A DNA stretch of 64,000 nt from Sedimentisphaeraceae bacterium JB056 (GTDB lineage: Bacteria; Planctomycetota; Phycisphaerae; Sedimentisphaerales; Sedimentisphaeraceae): the NCBI GenBank assembly GCA_044440125.1, contig JBITAJ010000029.1:343318-407317 (forward strand), written 5' to 3'. The notes under the pieces are model-generated. The model was given only the letters and a program-made list of their open reading frames with translations, was not told where the DNA came from and did not search any database. The position numbers and the translations under genes are program-made. Positions 61,224 through 64,000 of this stretch are shown piece after piece. The stretch's first letter is position 1. The number at the start of each line of letters is the position of its first letter.

Positions 61224-61736
61224 ATTAGTAAGCAAAAAGCATTAAGGGTAAATGGTCGTATCCGATCAAGAGATGTAAGACTTATCGACCAGGACAACAA
61301 TCAAGTTGGCGTTGTGCGTTTGGTTCAAGCAATTGAAATGGCAAACGAAGTAGGAATGGATGTTGTAGAGGTTTCGCCTAATACAGAGCCTCCTGTATGT
61401 AGAATCATGGATTATGGTAAATGGCTCTACGATCAGAAGAGAAAAGCGAAACTTTCGAAGAAAAAGCAGCACGTAGTAACTACAAAGGAAATACGTCTGC
61501 GACCTGAAATTGGCGAGAATGATCTTAATGTCAAGGTCAATCACGCGAGAAAATTCCTTGAAAAAGGCGACAAGGTTCAGTTTACTATAAGGTTCAGGGG
61601 CCGTGAAATGATGCATGCCAGTCACGGGCGTGAACTGATGGATGGTATCTACGAGACACTTGAAGATATTTCAAAGGTCGATCGTACGCCGCTGATGCAA
61701 GGCAGGCGTATGATAATGATACTTGTTCCAAGATAA
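61224..61736 (+). CDS. infC: Translation initiation factor IF-3 (ATT start)
   Basis: The frame stays open upstream of the ORF-track start to ATT 61224 (ISKQKALRVNGRIRSRDVRLID), with AGGA upstream; motifs PPVCRIMDYGK, KEIRLRP and FRGRE. Confidence 0.95.
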   Translation: MSKQKALRVNGRIRSRDVRLIDQDNNQVGVVRLVQAIEMANEVGMDVVEVSPNTEPPVCRIMDYGKWLYDQKRKAKLSKKKQHVVTTKEIRLRPEIGENDLNVKVNHARKFLEKGDKVQFTIRFRGREMMHASHGRELMDGIYETLEDISKVDRTPLMQGRRMIMILVPR

Positions 61737-61759
61737 TTGCCACATTGTTGAAATAGATC

Positions 61760-61807
61760 AAACCCCTTTTAACCTTTGGATGTCGTCCTGAGGAAAAGGG
61801 GTTTTTT
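61760..61807 (+). terminator. Terminator after infC
   Basis: AAACCCCTTTT...AAAAGGGGTTTTTT. Confidence 0.7.
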
Positions 61808-61836
61808 ATACTAACATTTTTAGAATATCTTTCATT

Positions 61837-63726
61837 ATGGCTATAGTAAGTTTTCGTGAGGTCTGTGCCGGTTATGGCGGCCCGCTTCTGCTTGAAAATT
61901 CAGATCTGAATATTGAACGCGGCGAAAGAATATGCCTTTTAGGACGGAACGGAACCGGTAAATCTACTTTGCTGAAGCTGCTTACCGGTGAGCTTGAGCC
62001 TATTTCCGGTGTTATTGAGTTTCAGAGAAATCTTAAGGTCGGCGGACTTATGCAGGAAGTTCCTGTGTCTATCGAAGACGAGGTATTCGATGTAGTGGCC
62101 GATGGCTTAGGGGAGCAGGGCGTTATGCTCAGAGAGTATCATGCTTTAAGTCATCAAATAGAAAAAGATCATTCAGAGGTGCTCGTTGAGAAGCTCAGCG
62201 AACTTTCAGGCAAGATAGAGGCAACGGGAGCATGGCAGATCAATCAGAAAATAGATACCGTGCTTTCCATGATGTCGCTTGATCCCAACGATTCTTTCGC
62301 GAATCTTTCAGCAGGCCTTAAAAGGCGTGTCATGCTTGCAAGGTCAATTGTTGATATGCCGGATTTGCTTCTACTTGATGAGCCGACAAACCATCTTGAT
62401 ATAGATTCCATTCGCTGGCTTGAGGATTATCTGATCGGCAGCGGCGTTACGCTTCTGTTCGTCACTCACGACCGTTCTTTCTTGCGAAGGTTGAGTAACA
62501 GGATAATCGAGATAGACAGAGGACGGCTTTTGAACTTTGATTGTGATTACGATCAGTATCTCAAGCGAAAAGAACAACTGCTCGAAGCTGAAGCCGCTCA
62601 GTGGGAACATTTTGAAAAGAAACTTGCCGAGGAAGAGGTCTGGATTCGAAAGGGTATTCAGGGCAGGCGCACGAGGAATGAGGGTAGAGTCAGAGCCTTG
62701 AAAGATATGCGTTTGCAGCGTCAGAACCGTAAGAATCTCCCCGGAACAGCTAAAATGACACTCCAGCAGGCAGGAAGAAGCGGTGAACTTATAGCTGAGG
62801 CCAAAGGGCTGAGTTTCAGCTATGAGGACGGCAAGCTGCTTGTTAAAGATCTGACTACAACCATAATGCGAGGCGACAGGATAGGCGTGCTCGGGCCAAA
62901 TGGTGTCGGAAAGACAACACTTCTGAATCTGCTTCTTGGGAAGTTGAAGCCCGATTCTGGTACTCTCAGGCAGGGGACTAATCTTGAGATTTCTTATTTT
63001 GATCAGCTTCATAACCAACTTGATGAGAATAAATCGGTGGCTGATAATGTTGCTGATGGCTATAAGAATATTCAGATCGACGGCAAACCAAGAAATATTA
63101 TCGGCTATCTTAAGGACTTCCTGTTTCTTCCGGAAAGATCGAAAAGTCTTGTATCATCGCTTTCCGGCGGTGAAAGAAGCAGGTTGCTGCTCGCCAAACT
63201 TTTTGTAAAACCATCAAATGTTCTTGTTCTTGATGAGCCTACAAATAATCTCGACATGGAAACTCTTGAACTTCTCGAAGAGCTTCTTGCCGAGTACAAA
63301 GGTACTATTCTTACTGTAAGTCACGACAGGGAGTTTCTCAATAATGCGGCAACAAGTATGCTTGTATTCGAGGGAGAGGGTCGGATAAAAGAGTATGTCG
63401 GCGGTTATGATGATTATCTCAGAGTTGTTCAGGCGGCAGAAAAGGAAAAGAAAAATGAACAGCCCAAGCAGCAGAAACAGCAGCGTGTAAAACCAGCCGG
63501 TAAAAAGAAGCTCTCATTCAAGGAAAAGAAGGAACTTGAGGCATTGCCGCGTCAAATAGAAGAAGCAGAAGAACAGATTGGCGACCTGCATGAAAAAATG
63601 GCATCGCCGGAATTTTATAAAAGCGAGGCTCAGGATATAGCTAATGCAGCCGCAAAGCTGGAAGAGCTTGAATCGGGGCTTGAAATAATGTATGATAGAT
63701 GGCAGGAACTGGAAGCGAAAGAGTAA
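61837..63726 (+). CDS. uup: ABC-F family ATPase Uup
   Basis: Two ABC domains, EE-WIRKGI-GRRTRNEGRVRALK linker and KKLSFKE C-terminal domain. Confidence 0.92.
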   Translation: MAIVSFREVCAGYGGPLLLENSDLNIERGERICLLGRNGTGKSTLLKLLTGELEPISGVIEFQRNLKVGGLMQEVPVSIEDEVFDVVADGLGEQGVMLREYHALSHQIEKDHSEVLVEKLSELSGKIEATGAWQINQKIDTVLSMMSLDPNDSFANLSAGLKRRVMLARSIVDMPDLLLLDEPTNHLDIDSIRWLEDYLIGSGVTLLFVTHDRSFLRRLSNRIIEIDRGRLLNFDCDYDQYLKRKEQLLEAEAAQWEHFEKKLAEEEVWIRKGIQGRRTRNEGRVRALKDMRLQRQNRKNLPGTAKMTLQQAGRSGELIAEAKGLSFSYEDGKLLVKDLTTTIMRGDRIGVLGPNGVGKTTLLNLLLGKLKPDSGTLRQGTNLEISYFDQLHNQLDENKSVADNVADGYKNIQIDGKPRNIIGYLKDFLFLPERSKSLVSSLSGGERSRLLLAKLFVKPSNVLVLDEPTNNLDMETLELLEELLAEYKGTILTVSHDREFLNNAATSMLVFEGEGRIKEYVGGYDDYLRVVQAAEKEKKNEQPKQQKQQRVKPAGKKKLSFKEKKELEALPRQIEEAEEQIGDLHEKMASPEFYKSEAQDIANAAAKLEELESGLEIMYDRWQELEAKE

Positions 63727-63864
63727 AGGTAGTAATCAGCTATCAGCAGTCAGTAATCAGTAGAGGAGTTCGCTGATGCTGGTGAAAAAGTTCGTAGTTC
63801 GCAGCGAGTAGAGAGTAGAGAATATGGCTATCGCCACAAGTAACTTTAATTATCGGCGTAAGCC

Positions 63865-64000
63865 GATAACTGATAACTGATAACTGATAACTGATAACTG
63901 ATAACTGATAACTGATAACTGATAACTGATAACTGATAACTGATAACTGATAACTGATAACTGATAACTGATAACTGATAACTGATAACTGATAACTGAT
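63865..64000 (+). repeat. Perfect heptanucleotide tandem array (GATAACT)n, at least 19 copies, running off the window
   Basis: Read directly from the sequence; begins in the 3' arm of hairpin TTATCGGC-GTAA-GCCGATAA (63850-63869). Confidence 0.97.

Noticed and set aside
63865..64000. CRISPR array or telomere
   Set aside because: The unit is 7 bp with no spacers and there are no cas genes. Nothing indicates a linear replicon end, so a simple tandem repeat fits.

Overview
AT-rich bacterial chromosomal window, most consistent with an anaerobic planctomycete of the Phycisphaerae/Sedimentisphaerales type. This is inferred from the DUF1549/DUF1553-DUF1501-PPC operon, a prepilin/H-X9-DG gene, PEP-CTERM genes and dockerin-like tails. 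The main feature is a sigma54-driven Mo-nitrogenase cluster (nifA-like, nifH, nifI1, nifI2, nifD, nifK, a degenerate nifB-like gene and a 2Fe-2S ferredoxin), with no nifE, nifN or nifV in the window. Directly behind it is a second operon (prepilin-type protein, dockerin-tailed secreted protein, MFS transporter) with a near-consensus sigma54 promoter. Both promoters have the same upstream palindrome, GTGAAA-W4-TTTCAH, which is not the canonical NifA site. The rest holds a Cys-rich peptide/OprB porin unit under DtxR-like boxes, panD-lgt-rhomboid, a pseudo-receiver sigma54 activator, a trehalase, hydF, a sodium symporter with a small accessory gene, GLUG/dockerin surface proteins and a PEP-CTERM locus with a 35-bp tail sequence repeated three times. 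It then continues with a Rex-boxed pyruvate:ferredoxin oxidoreductase, mtaB, a pilM cluster, TolC-MFP-ABC without a permease, a protease, thrS, infC (ATT start) and uup, and ends in a perfect (GATAACT)n array that runs off the window. All calls come from motif recognition by eye; no database searches were run.
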